Source: Clostridia bacterium
GTDB taxonomy: Bacteria > Bacillota > Clostridia > Monoglobales > Firm-18
Reading direction: 5' to 3'
Assembly: GCA_045545235.1 (NCBI GenBank)
Contig: JAZQAN010000017.1
Location: 1,200 to 65,199, forward strand
DNA: 64,000 bases
In this document: piece by piece, positions 38,845-50,900 of the stretch
How the letters are laid out: each line of letters begins with the position of its first letter
How positions within the stretch are numbered: position 1 is the stretch's first letter
Made by a program: the position numbers and the translations under genes
The notes under the pieces: model-generated
The model's database searches: none
The model's input: only the letters and a program-made list of their open reading frames with translations
What the model was told of the DNA's origin: nothing

Positions 38845-39879
38845 TTATAATATAATTAAATCTTTGGAAGAATGTGTAAAATTTTCACAACCATCATCAG
38901 TAACCAACACCAAATCTTCTATTCGTATTCCACAAAAACCTTCTACATAAATACCGGGTTCCACCGATACTATATTCCCTTTTTTCAGTGTATCAACCGA
39001 CCTTGGTGACAAATTAGGTTGTTCGTGAATTTCAAGCCCTACTCCGTGACCGAGTGAATGTGTAAAAGTTTTTCCGTAACCCGACTCATTAATAATATCA
39101 CGGGCAATCTTATCAACATCTTTATTGGAAACCCCCGGTCTGATTGCATCAATTGCCGAAACCTGAGCCCTAAGCACAATATCGTAAATGTTTTTTGTTT
39201 TATCATCAATGCTTCCTACAGCAACTGTACGTGTCATATCACTGCAATACCCATTGTACACACAACCATAATCTAAAAGCACTACCTTTCCGCTTTCAAC
39301 TTTTGCATCTGTAAGGTTTGCGTGTGGCAACGCACTACGAGCACCAACTGCAACGATTGTATCAAAGGAAAGCGCTGATGCACCCTGCTTTTTCATAAAA
39401 AATTCAAGTTCCAAAGCAATTTCACGCTCTGTAATACCCGGCTTTATAAATGGCAAAATATGTTCAAATGCCATATCTCCAATTTGTTCTGCCCGGCGTA
39501 TATTGTTACATTCTTCTTCGGTTTTAACCTTGCGAAATTCATTTAAGGTGTCTGATACACCTTCAAAATGTCCATCTATGGCATCACACATATTCCTGTA
39601 AGCATTATAAGAAATTGTTTTATCCTCAAATCCTATATTTTTAAACCCCATATCCGAAACAATTTTATAAGGCTTAACAGAATATTCGATTACCTCAAAT
39701 CCTTTTGCCTGTTCATTTGCCTGTATGGTATAACGTCCGTCAACAATAACATATTTTTTTTCGGAAGAAAAAACAAGTAAGCCTTCTCCACCTGTAAAAC
39801 CGCTGAAATAATAAAGATTTTCAGGGCTTGTAATTATAATTGCGTCAAGATTTTTTTCTTTTAAAATACTTTTAATCAT
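38845..39879 (-). CDS. Xaa-Pro aminopeptidase (M24)
   Basis: YCSDMTRT, HSLGHGVG, EIHE, VEPGIY and GIRIED motifs. Confidence 0.95.
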   Translation of the reverse strand: MIKSILKEKNLDAIIITSPENLYYFSGFTGGEGLLVFSSEKKYVIVDGRYTIQANEQAKGFEVIEYSVKPYKIVSDMGFKNIGFEDKTISYNAYRNMCDAIDGHFEGVSDTLNEFRKVKTEEECNNIRRAEQIGDMAFEHILPFIKPGITEREIALELEFFMKKQGASALSFDTIVAVGARSALPHANLTDAKVESGKVVLLDYGCVYNGYCSDMTRTVAVGSIDDKTKNIYDIVLRAQVSAIDAIRPGVSNKDVDKIARDIINESGYGKTFTHSLGHGVGLEIHEQPNLSPRSVDTLKKGNIVSVEPGIYVEGFCGIRIEDLVLVTDDGCENFTHSSKDLIIL

Positions 39880-40304
39880 AAACTAAGCTCCAATGCCCGC
39901 ACTGCTACAAGGTAACTGTCACTTCCGAAACCGCATATCTGTCCCTTACAAACAGGAGCAATTACTGAATTGTGTCGAAACTCTTCCCTTGCATGCACAT
40001 TTGTAAGATGTACTTCAACAACAGGCATTTCAGCTATGGGAATAGCATCTCTTATTGCATAACTGTAGTGTGTATAAGCACCTGCATTTAAAATTATACC
40101 GTCAAAATTACCTCGTGCCATATGAATTTTATTTATAATTTCACCTTCAATATTTGACTGATAAAAATCCACATCAATATTGTTACTGTTACAGTAATAC
40201 TTTATTTTTTCATTTATATCTGCAAGTGTTTCGTTTCCATATTTTTCAGGCTCACGAACGCCAAGCATATTAAGGTTAGGTCCGTTTATAATAAGTATTT
40301 TCAT
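39876..40304 (-). CDS. aroQ: type II 3-dehydroquinate dehydratase
   Basis: NGPNLNMLG.REP..YG, QSNIEG, NAGAYTH and EVHLTN motifs. Confidence 0.97.
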   Translation of the reverse strand: MKILIINGPNLNMLGVREPEKYGNETLADINEKIKYYCNSNNIDVDFYQSNIEGEIINKIHMARGNFDGIILNAGAYTHYSYAIRDAIPIAEMPVVEVHLTNVHAREEFRHNSVIAPVCKGQICGFGSDSYLVAVRALELSL

Positions 40305-41152
40305 TTCAAACACTCCTCATAAATTTTTTTCATAGTCAAAGCATCTTCACTTTGTGTGCCTGCAGATTCACATATAATAACAGGTGAAAGCTTATGTTTT
40401 ACAAGCACTTTTGCAAGAGGTTCAAATTCAGGCCCATATTCTGTATTTTCAAAAGTAACGTGCTTTTTTTCCCCTGCTTTAGTAAATTCTATTTTACTGA
40501 AATGTGCATGGAAATTATTTACTCTTTCCCTACCTATTTTCTTTTCCATATATTTAATAATGCGTTCAAAATCTTCTTCAGTTTTAAGCGCACCTTGCAT
40601 ACGTGAGTTAAGGTGCCCAAAATCCACTGTGGGCATTAATCTTTCATCCATGGCACAAAGTTCCATAACCTCTTCAATTGTACCCATCTGGTTTATCTTG
40701 CCCATGGTTTCAAGGCATATTCTAACATCACCAACACCTGCATTATCGAGCTCTGAAAGTGCACGCTCAACTGTTGTTTTTGATATTTCCATTGCATAAC
40801 GGCGTGTAATATCCTTTGCAGCACCCATATGAACAACAAGCCTTTTAGCACCCATATTATGTGCAGCAATTGCCGCCTGCAAAATATAACCTATTGTATT
40901 ATCAATTTTTTGTGGTTCCACACTTGATATATTAGTAAAATAAGGCGCATGCACACTAAGTGCGATATTATGTTCAAGTGCTTTTTCACCAAGAATCTTC
41001 GCCGCCTCATCTGTAATACGCACACCTCTGCCACACTGATATTCATAGGCATCAAGCCCTATATTTTCAAGCCATTTTGGCATCTCCAGTGATGATTTGC
41101 CGCCTTCGTCATAAAAAATTTCAGGATTACCGGCTGTTCCGAATTTCACCAT
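40301..41152 (-). CDS. endonuclease IV-like TIM barrel protein (AP endonuclease 2 family)
   Basis: SVHAPY, VVH, ETMGK, DFGH, HAHFS and ICES motifs. Confidence 0.87.
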   Translation of the reverse strand: MVKFGTAGNPEIFYDEGGKSSLEMPKWLENIGLDAYEYQCGRGVRITDEAAKILGEKALEHNIALSVHAPYFTNISSVEPQKIDNTIGYILQAAIAAHNMGAKRLVVHMGAAKDITRRYAMEISKTTVERALSELDNAGVGDVRICLETMGKINQMGTIEEVMELCAMDERLMPTVDFGHLNSRMQGALKTEEDFERIIKYMEKKIGRERVNNFHAHFSKIEFTKAGEKKHVTFENTEYGPEFEPLAKVLVKHKLSPVIICESAGTQSEDALTMKKIYEECLK

Positions 41153-41219
41153 AGCCCCTCCTCCTTTCAATAAAAACATTTTAACACAAACCCTTGTTTT
41201 TGTAAAGAAAAATACAGTA

Positions 41220-42740
41220 CTAAATAAGTGGTGCAAAAAACTTAATTACCTTTCCGAACAATCGTCCTGAAAGCTTAAATTCCTTATATTTCCCTAAAGT
41301 AATTTCCGTACACATATTCTTCGTACTCTCAAAGTCATTTTCAATATCCGATATTACAGAAACTTTGTGCATAAGCAAAGCACATTCATAATTAAGATAC
41401 AAACTTCTGTAATCGTAATTTATTGTGCCGACAACAGCAGTCATATTATCCGACACTGTAACCTTTGCATGAACAAACCCATCATCATATTCAAATATTT
41501 TTACTCCTGCCTCAATAAGGTCAGGGTAATAAGAGCGTGCAAGCCACAAGGCATAAGGCTTGTCTGGAATATGCGGCATTATAATTTTTACATCAACACC
41601 TCTTTTGGAGGCAAATTTCAAAGCCTCCTGCATATCATGACTTATCACAAGGTACGGTGTCATAATATGCACATAAGATGATGCTCTGTTTATAATATCA
41701 AGGTATACCCTTTCCCCAACATTCTCATTATCAGTTGGGCTATCACAATAAGGAATAACGTACCCCTCACTTTTTACATATGTTTTTTCGATATATTTTT
41801 CATAATCCTCCGTTTCGCCATTTCCAAAAAACGTATTCCATATTTGCAAGAACATTATTGTAAAACTTACTGCACCTTCTCCTTTAATCATAACCGCAGT
41901 ATCTTTCCAATGTCCAAAACGTTCATGCTTGTTTATATATTCATCAGCTATATTCACACCGCCCGTAAATGCCGTATGTCCGTCTATAACAAGAATTTTT
42001 CTATGATTTCTGTTGTTCTGATAGGTTGTAAACAAAGGTGTAACACGTTTAAATGTACAACACTTTATACCGCATTTTTTAAGTTCTTCACAATCTGCTG
42101 AAGAAAAAGTGGTAAGGCTACCCATTGCATCATACATAAAACGCACTTCTACATTTTCCTTTACCTTTCTTTTAAGTATTTCAAATATTTCCTTCCACAT
42201 AACTGACTTTGAATCTACTATAAAATATTCCATAAAGATAAACTTTTCTGCTTTTTCAAGTTCATCCTTCATCTTTTCAAACTTATATTCACCCAAGGAA
42301 AAGTATTCAACATCTGTATTTTTATATGCAGGACAGTTTGCATAATTATTAAGGTAATATGAAAGTCCGTCAATTATTCCCCCATTCTCAAGCTCACACA
42401 TAATTTTTTCGTCCTGCACCATATATTTTCTTGTGTTTTCTCTAACAACCTCTGAGCGCTTATTAATCTTTTTTGTAATAACATTAATGTGAATATACAT
42501 ATATAACAAGCAACCGAATACAGGTAAAATTGCAATTATCACTATCCACGCATACTTAAATGCCGGTTCACCCGAACGATTAATTTCATATACCAATAAC
42601 ACAACCGTTAAAATATTCATAACCTCAATAATGTAACCGCTGTATTCTCTTAACCAAAATATAACAGATAAAAAAACTGCAATTTGAATAAGAAGAATAA
42701 TTAAAAAAGATATTATTCCGGAATGTAAAATTTTTCTCAT
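41220..42740 (-). CDS. cls: cardiolipin synthase
   Basis: Two HKD motifs (RNHRKILVID, VHAKVTVSD) and N-terminal TM segments. Confidence 0.95.
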   Translation of the reverse strand: MRKILHSGIISFLIILLIQIAVFLSVIFWLREYSGYIIEVMNILTVVLLVYEINRSGEPAFKYAWIVIIAILPVFGCLLYMYIHINVITKKINKRSEVVRENTRKYMVQDEKIMCELENGGIIDGLSYYLNNYANCPAYKNTDVEYFSLGEYKFEKMKDELEKAEKFIFMEYFIVDSKSVMWKEIFEILKRKVKENVEVRFMYDAMGSLTTFSSADCEELKKCGIKCCTFKRVTPLFTTYQNNRNHRKILVIDGHTAFTGGVNIADEYINKHERFGHWKDTAVMIKGEGAVSFTIMFLQIWNTFFGNGETEDYEKYIEKTYVKSEGYVIPYCDSPTDNENVGERVYLDIINRASSYVHIMTPYLVISHDMQEALKFASKRGVDVKIIMPHIPDKPYALWLARSYYPDLIEAGVKIFEYDDGFVHAKVTVSDNMTAVVGTINYDYRSLYLNYECALLMHKVSVISDIENDFESTKNMCTEITLGKYKEFKLSGRLFGKVIKFFAPLI

Positions 42741-42832
42741 ATAAACCACCTTATACCGATTATATCTCATTGTAAAAAACAATTCAATTTATAGAGGTTA
42801 TTATTAACAAATTTTTAATTTTTCAAAAAAAT

Positions 42833-42861
42833 ACCGTGGCAAGACGAAATCTTGCCACGGT
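42833..42861 (-). terminator. intrinsic terminator closing the SLH locus
   Basis: ACCGTGGCAAGA-cgaaa-TCTTGCCACGGT with a T run on the minus strand. Confidence 0.88.
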
Positions 42862-42866
42862 TAATT

Positions 42867-44918
42867 TTAATTCTGTACTTTATCTTTTGCATCTTCAAGA
42901 CTTATACCAAACATAATCTGAAGCAAATTATCAGCATCTTCTTCGCCAAGCTCTGTTACAAGTTTGGAATAAAATGTTGTTCTCTCATCCTCAGTCATAT
43001 CATGATGATATATTTCAGTAGCAGGTCCGATCTCATCACCGTAGTTATCCAAAATATATTCTCCGTCATAGATGAGTTTACCTTCTTCAGCATCTGCCAA
43101 TACCAAATCCATAACCGCTATCGCAACGTCAATAATATCCTGTTCATATCCTTCAAAACGAATTTCAATTATTTTATCGTACATAGTAGTCATAGTGGCT
43201 ACAGCTTCATCCTGCTTTGACTGATCAAATTCAATCCATTTCGCATACAAAGTAAGATCTTTAGATACCGCTGATTCAAACTTATAAGGTATCATAAATT
43301 CACTGTCTTTATACCACCCCATAAAGTAATATCCGGGCCATTCTCCATGGTCAGGCTGGTCAACAGCACTACCTGCTTCAACAGTTACAGCCTCAATATA
43401 TTCTCCACCATTTGTTTCAAATGATACAGTATAAACTCGTGTCCACTTTGCATAAAGTGTCAGATGCTTTACAACCGGAGTACTAAAGTCATATATTGTT
43501 CTGAAATTACTTTCCTTGTACCAACCATCAAATCGGTAGCCGTCCTTAAAAGGTGCTTCAGGTTCATCTACGCAACTTCCGGATTCAACTGAAACTTTAG
43601 GAACTGAACTTCCACCATTTGACATAAAGTTTACGTTGTAAGTTTTTACTGTAGGTGTAGTTGGTGTATCACTACCACCCGGTGTATCACCACCAGGTTC
43701 TTCATTCTTTATCCATTTAGCATATAATGTTACATTGGATGTTATTTTTGTATTAAAATCAAATTTATTAGTAAGGGCATTATCTGAATACCAACCGTCA
43801 AAAGTATATCCATCTCTTGTAGGATCGGCAGGTTTTGTAACAGTTTTACCTTTTTCAACCGATGCAGATGCAACCGAATTTCCACCATTTGGAATAAAGT
43901 TTACTGTATACTTGGTAACTGTAGTTCCACCACTACTGCCTGAACCACCGGTGCCGCCTCCGCCACCGCCGCCTCCGCCGCCACCACCGGCAGAAGCTTT
44001 TGTCCATTTAGCATAAAGTGTTATATTTGCAATGATTTTTGAATTGAAATCAAATACGGTTTTTAAACTATTGTCAGAATACCACCCATTAAATGTATAT
44101 CCTGTTCTTGTAGGATTAGCAGGTTTTGCAACAGTTTTTCCACTTTCAACAGTTACAGGTGAAATAGAACTTCCTTCATTCGAATTAAAAGTTACTGTGT
44201 ATTTTACAATTTCTTCTTTTGTCACATCGTCGGGCTTTGCAACAACAAATTTAGCTATTGCACTTACAAGTTCACCTCTTGTAATGTTTTGAGTTGCTCT
44301 GAACTTTCCACCTGCTTCAAGTGGAATTATTCTGTTTGCAACAACCTTATTAACATAAGGAACTGCCCATTCAGAAACAGTATCAGTAATTTTTTCAGTC
44401 ATAGTAAGGTCATACAAATCCATAATCCTTGTTATAACAGCACATGTCTGTTCTCTTGTAAGGAAGTCATTACCCTTAAATGTTCCGTTTGCATGGCCTG
44501 TTATATATCCTGCTTTTTTTGCAATTAAAACATAATTGTAAAACCAATCTTCCTTTTTTACATCAGTGAAAGCTGTTGTATCAGCTTCTGTGTAATTAAA
44601 AGCAAGGTTTATAACCTTACAAAGTTCCGCACGTGTAATTGGGTTATTCGGTCTGAATGTACCATCAGCATAACCATTTAAAACACCGGCATTAACAAGC
44701 TTGTAAATATCCTTACCTACAGCAGAATCTTCTTTTATATCAGAAAAAACTATTGTTGGTTTAGTTTCTTCAGGCTTAGTTTCTTCAGGCTTCTCTTCCG
44801 TTGGCAATTCCTGTGGTGCAAGCTCATTTGATGCGGAACTTCTTATTTCATCTGCATTAACCATCATACAAGAAAAAACAAGTGTCATAATTATAAGTAA
44901 TGAAATAATTTTTTTCAT
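42867..44918 (-). CDS. SLH-domain surface protein with 4 InlB-B/Flg_new repeats, poly-Gly linker and acidic helical C-terminus
   Basis: Signal peptide; SLH motifs ITRAE, LTREQ, ITRGE; four YTVxF...GYxFxGWY...TLYAKW repeats. Confidence 0.88.
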   Translation of the reverse strand: MKKIISLLIIMTLVFSCMMVNADEIRSSASNELAPQELPTEEKPEETKPEETKPTIVFSDIKEDSAVGKDIYKLVNAGVLNGYADGTFRPNNPITRAELCKVINLAFNYTEADTTAFTDVKKEDWFYNYVLIAKKAGYITGHANGTFKGNDFLTREQTCAVITRIMDLYDLTMTEKITDTVSEWAVPYVNKVVANRIIPLEAGGKFRATQNITRGELVSAIAKFVVAKPDDVTKEEIVKYTVTFNSNEGSSISPVTVESGKTVAKPANPTRTGYTFNGWYSDNSLKTVFDFNSKIIANITLYAKWTKASAGGGGGGGGGGGGTGGSGSSGGTTVTKYTVNFIPNGGNSVASASVEKGKTVTKPADPTRDGYTFDGWYSDNALTNKFDFNTKITSNVTLYAKWIKNEEPGGDTPGGSDTPTTPTVKTYNVNFMSNGGSSVPKVSVESGSCVDEPEAPFKDGYRFDGWYKESNFRTIYDFSTPVVKHLTLYAKWTRVYTVSFETNGGEYIEAVTVEAGSAVDQPDHGEWPGYYFMGWYKDSEFMIPYKFESAVSKDLTLYAKWIEFDQSKQDEAVATMTTMYDKIIEIRFEGYEQDIIDVAIAVMDLVLADAEEGKLIYDGEYILDNYGDEIGPATEIYHHDMTEDERTTFYSKLVTELGEEDADNLLQIMFGISLEDAKDKVQN

Positions 44919-44944
44919 AAAATCACCCTCCTTTGTTATTTGGT

Positions 44945-44982
44945 AAAATTGGAACACCCCACAAGGGAGATGTTCCAATTTT
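44945..44982 (-). terminator. intergenic stem-loop between the two SLH genes
   Basis: AAAATTGGAACA...TGTTCCAATTTT inverted repeat. Confidence 0.7.
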
Positions 44983-44986
44983 TTTG

Positions 44987-47900
44987 TTATGCGTCTGTCA
45001 AAACTCTCTTGAACAATACCTTGTAATCATTAACTTCAAATTCGAAGGTGTTATCATCAATCTTAGTATAATATTCACCGTCAAGTTTGCCGTCAAGCTT
45101 ATCTTCAATCTTGTCTTCCACCTTGTTTTCAAGATCTTCAATAGCTTCCTGACTAAGAATTAAATCAAAGTATTCATCTGTTTTAAGGTTAAGTGTTCTT
45201 ACAAATATTTCATATACTTTATCGCGAACCTTATCATAGTCAACGTCTGTGTAATCCTTATTGAAGAAATCACTTCCCTTGTACTTATCAATTAGTCCCT
45301 TAACAAGTTCAGGATATTTTTCCACAATTGCTTTTTCAACTGCAGAAATTTTATCATCAACCTTTTCGTTAACCTTTGGAATTTCGCCTTCCATTACATA
45401 AAGGTCAATCTTATCAGCAATTATATTTACGTACTTGAGAATAAGTTCTTCATATTTTTCCGTAACTTCAATATATTTTTCTTCGCTGATATTGTTATAG
45501 TACCAAAGTATTGCATCATCACCAAGAACATAAATCTTGTACATCAAATCATAATAGTAATCAAGATCATAAATCTTGTAACCTGTTGTATCACTTGGTT
45601 TAGGGTTAGCTGAACCCTGTACCCAAATCTCAGGATCAAGAAGCTTCATAAGCTCCTGAAGATAAATATTTTCTGCATAGTAGAAATTATCGCCTATTTT
45701 ATCATCCACAGGGCCTTCAACAATCTTTTTATAGCTTTCGTAAAGCGGGATATAAACATCAGCAATAATATTTACAACAGGTGTAATACCGCAGTCAATA
45801 TATCCTACTTCACCTGCAATAGCATCTGCTATAGCTGTGTCAATCTGAGCGATCAGATTATTCATTGCATAATCATAAAGTTCAATTAGTTTTTCTTCGG
45901 GATAAATTTCAAATACTTTTTCAAGCTTTTCGGGAACTTTTGAACCAAAGATTGTTTCATAGTTATAATCTTCCAAAAGAACCTTCTTTAATCCTTCTGC
46001 AACGAATACTGTATCTGCATGAACTTCAAACTGTTCATCATTAATTAACTGATATACAAGTTTGTCAAGTTCATCTTTGTAAACATCATTGATAATTTCA
46101 TCAACCAATACATCACGCTCATCAGGATGCTTGCCAAGGTAGTCAATTGCATAATCTGCAAGATGTGAAATCTCATCTTCGTCCTTAGCTTCAAGAAGAT
46201 ATGTTATTGCTTCTTCAATAATCATATCACGTGTAGCACTTGTAGAACCGGTATTTGAAAGCTCTGCAATTACCATGTCGATAATGAATTCCTTCGGTGT
46301 AGCAGGCAATGTATAGCTTTCAAAACCTGTTACCTCTTTAACCAATGTAATCAAATAAGATTCATCATCAAGCTTTTCTTCAACCTTGCCCATTATGAAA
46401 CCGTCTTTATCCTGAGGATTCTTAGCCAATTCCGCATCTGTGCAACCTGTAATTGCCTTTATTATATCATCGCCGTTGACACCGTTCATTTCATCAATAA
46501 CAGCATCTTTTATAGTCTGCTTGTATGCATTTGTCTTAGCAAGCTCAATTACCTTGTCATACATTGGTGAGCTTGGTTCTTCAAGCTTATCTACAATAGT
46601 GTCAACCATAGTATCTCTGTAATCAACCTTTGCTTCTGCAAATACTGTATTGAAGAATACATCGTTTGTTTCAAGCTTGGAAACAACTGAATCAATAATA
46701 AATGACTTATAGCCTGCATTTTCTGCATCTGTAATTGCAGTTTCAAAGCTTGATTTGTTATTTGTGATTTCATCCTTTAATGTATTAATAGCAGCTGCTC
46801 TGTCAGGTACGATTGAAGGAGCATAACCTGTCAAAACTTCAAACAAAGCATCATTTACAGCAAGTTCTACGCCTACTGCTTCAGCAACCATTGCTCTGTA
46901 GTTAAAGTCGTCTGCCACCATGGCAATAACTTCATTGTACAAACTGTCTTCTGTTTCTAACAATGTCTTTATTGTAGCAATAATAGTAGCTTTTTCATTA
47001 TCAACCGCATATGTCAACACTTCGTCATACAAAGCATTGCTACTATCTGACAACATACTTTCTACTGTTGCAACAATTAAATTCTTCTGACTTTCTTTAA
47101 TACCATCAATAGTTGAATTAAAGTTATCTGTCAATTCTTTTTTAGCCATTGCAATGATTAAGTCTTTTGTAGTTGTTGCATCAGTATAATCAACACCGAT
47201 TACTTCTTCAACCAACTGTTCAAACAACTCATCATTTCCGGTTAGCTGCAAAATTATAAAATCAATAACAAATGTCTTTGTATCACTTGGCAATGTTGCA
47301 AGTTCATAACCTGTAACTTCTTTAAATGTTTCAGGATCGTTTAGCACTTCATGGCACAAATCTCTGATAATATCAAGTGTTTCAGTGCTGATTTCATCTT
47401 CTTCAAAGATATGATTGATTGTAGATTCCATCAAATCATGTACTTTCTTCTTTTCATCAGGATTATCGGAATTTGCAACTGCTATAATATATTCTACAAA
47501 CGCATCATGAAGAAGTTCATTATTACCGCTCGCAAACATTCCCTTTGCATTATCTACAATGAACTTTTCAACATTTTCTTCACCAAGAATAGTTGCAAAC
47601 TTAACCATGTAGCTAAGCATCATTATATTATCATCGGTATCAAGAATTTTCTGAACTATGCCTTTTTCTCTTATCTTATCAAGATGATCAAGCTGATGCA
47701 AAGCCATAAGTGGTGCTTTTTTATAAACTATATCCTTTATAGAATCTATGAATCTTGTTTCCGGTTCGTAGTAAGCATAGAAATCAAATGCCATACCATC
47801 AGCCATTGTTACAACTGCGGAGAATTTGTTGATTTTAAGATGAACATCTGTGTTTTTAGTAACTATCGTTTCGCTTGTAAACTCTTCCCATTTATCAGAA

Positions 47901-50900
47901 TCCGCATTGTACCACCAACCGTATTTTATAACGTGTTCGAATGGTTCTGCTGCATATACATCTGCTACGTTTCCATCCTTAACATAACCTGTATATGAAG
48001 CACTGTCTGTAGGGAACTGAGATTCTGCAACAGTAGTGTTCTTTTCAACATCTACACTTGTAATCTTACTTCCTCTGTCAAAGAAAGTTACAGTCACATA
48101 ATCTATAAGCTCTGTCCACAAAGCAACCAAATCAGTATCTTTTGTAAATGTCGCTTTACCATAAAGTGTATTTGTTCCGTCTGACCATCCGTCAAATTTA
48201 AATCCTTCTTTTGAGACGCTAGGCAAGGAAATTTCTACACCGTAGTATGCTGTAACATCAGCAGGATTTGTAACACCTTCACCTGCATCAAAGCTTATTG
48301 TGTAAGCCTCTCTGTCATAGTAAACTTTAAGTACGAGCCCGCTTGATGCTGTACCTGAAAGTACGCTGTTTGCAGTGTTGATATCAAAACCTGTCTTTTC
48401 ATCAGGAGTAACACTTACTGTTGTACCTGATGTTGCATTAAATACTTCTGTTGTTACAGAATATGTTGTAAGATCAGTATTCTGTGTATAGTATTCAACC
48501 TTATAAGCTATCTGTCCCGGTGTATAATTCCATTCAGCATTCAATTTAGTGTCAGCTGTAAATGTTGCTGTGTTTACATATACATAAGTTCCGTCTGACC
48601 AACCTGCAAATGTATAGTCATCTTTAGCTACATTAGGCAAAGTAACCTCTACACCGTAGTACGCCGTAATATCAGCAGGATTTGTAACACCTTCACCTGC
48701 ATCAAAGCTTATTGTATAAGCTTCTCTGTCATAGTAAACTTTTAGTACAAGTGGATTATCTCTGTCCACTTTACCGGAAAGGATACTTTCTACTGAGTTA
48801 ACATCAAAACCTGTCTTGTCTTCAGGTGTTACAGTAACTGTAGATCCAACTGCACCGTTAAATGGTTGTGATGTCATTGTATATGTTACAAGGTCTGTGT
48901 TCTGAACATAATACTCAACTGTATAAGTAATCTGTCCGGGAACATATTCCCATATAGCAGTAAGTGTTGCATCACTTTCAAATGCTGCATTTGCACCTAC
49001 ACTGTATACATTTGTTCCGTCTGTCCAACCCTTGAACTCATAATCAAGCTTTGAAAGTACAGGCAAATCTACAGGACGATTGTAGTAAACCACAATATCT
49101 TTAGGATTTGCTAATCCCTGACCTGCAACGAACTTGATTGTGTATGAAGCTCTGTCATAGTAAACTTCAAGCACAAGATTGCCGTTTTCATTTACAACAC
49201 CTGAAAGAACGCTGTTTACAGTATCAGTTACAAAACCGTAATCAGGATTTGGTGTTACAGATACTTCCACACCATACTTTCCGCTTTTTGTTTCATACCT
49301 TTCTGCATAACCGCTTCCATCAACAGCTTCAGTGTAATATATTACTTTATAATCGTATACTTTTCTGTTGTAATAAACTTTAAGTTCCAAGGTACCTTCT
49401 GCATTTACATAACCACCAAGGATACTGTTTGCACCAAGTTCAAAACCTGTAGGAACTACAGTGCTTGCAGACACATATTCGCCAAATTTTCCTGAAAGTG
49501 TTTCAGTATTTTCAGTGTATGTACCATCTGTATTTTCTGTATAATAGGTGACTTTGTAGTTATATGATGCTATATCGTAGTATACTTTAAGTACCAATGT
49601 ACCTGATGTAGAAACTGTGCCTGAAAGTATATTTCCGCTATGTGATGCATTGTATGTATAACCTGGAATTACTCTTGTTGTATCAGCAGTTACAGTTACG
49701 CCAACTGTACCCTTAAACTGCTTTTCATCATATTTTGTATAAGGTTCAGAACCTGATGCATTTTCTATATAATATTCTACTCTATATATTGCTTCTGTAG
49801 GAGCAAGTTTTGTCCATTCAGCATTTAATTCTACAGGACCTGTAACAGTATAACTGCCGTCAACCTCTGTGCCGTTTACAAACCAACCGTCAAAAACATA
49901 ACCGTCTCTTTCGATTGAAGGAAGTTTTGTTGAAATACTCTGACCGTATGCAACTGTTACAGACGGGATAGTTCCTGTGTAACCGTTACCGTCAAATGTA
50001 ATTGTATAAACTTCTCTGTCGTAGTAAACTGCAAGCACAAGGCTGTTGTTTTCGTTTACATTTCCCGAAAGTACGCTCTTTGTTGTGTTTACATCAAAGC
50101 CTGTTTTGTCAGCAGGTGTAACACTTACAGTCTTACCGAATTTTTCACTATAAGAAGTTGATGAAATTTCATTATACACTGTAAGGTCATTAACATTCTG
50201 TTCGTAAATCTTAACTGTATAAGTGTACGCCTTTCTTACATAATATACTTTAAGTACAAGTTTCCCTGTTGCAGGAACTGTGCCTGAAACAACGCTTGCG
50301 CTACCAAGTTCAAAACCTGCCGGTACGCTGTAATCAACATCTACCTCAGTACCATATTTTGCACTCTTTGTATCTGTTTTTTCTTCATAACTGCCATCAT
50401 TTTTTTCTGTACGGTAGATTATATCATATTCCAATACTTTTCTGTCAAAATAAACTTTAAGTTTTGGATTTCCGTTACCATCAACAGTACCACTTAGTGT
50501 ACTTTTTGAACTATTAAGTTCAAATCCGGTAGGAATTACAGGTACTACAGAAACTTCTTTACCATACACATCGTTTAATACCTGTGTGTTTTCTTTATAT
50601 GTACCATCTGTGTTTTCTGTATAATATGTAACTGAATAGTCATACTTTTTAATATTATAGTAAACCTTCAAAACAAGACTTCCGTCTGCTGAAACTTTAC
50701 CCGAAATTTTGTTTCCTGCATTTGAGTTATCATATGTATAATGTTCAATAACTCTTGTTGTATCTGCATTTACAGTTTCACCAATTGTACCCTTAAACTG
50801 TTCTTCATCATATTTTATATATTTTTCAAGGTTTGACGAATCCTGTACATAATATTCTACCTTGTATTTTGCTTCTGTAGGAGCAAGTTCTGTCCATGCT

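Noticed and set aside
43920-43995. GC-rich tract as a foreign insertion or phase-variable repeat
   Set aside because: It is mixed GGN codons for an in-frame poly-Gly linker, common in SLH proteins.
47351-47998. 215-aa ORF antisense to the giant SLH gene, considered as a possible immunity or antisense gene
   Set aside because: Its F/I-rich composition is typical of the reverse complement of an acidic protein, and no RBS is visible.
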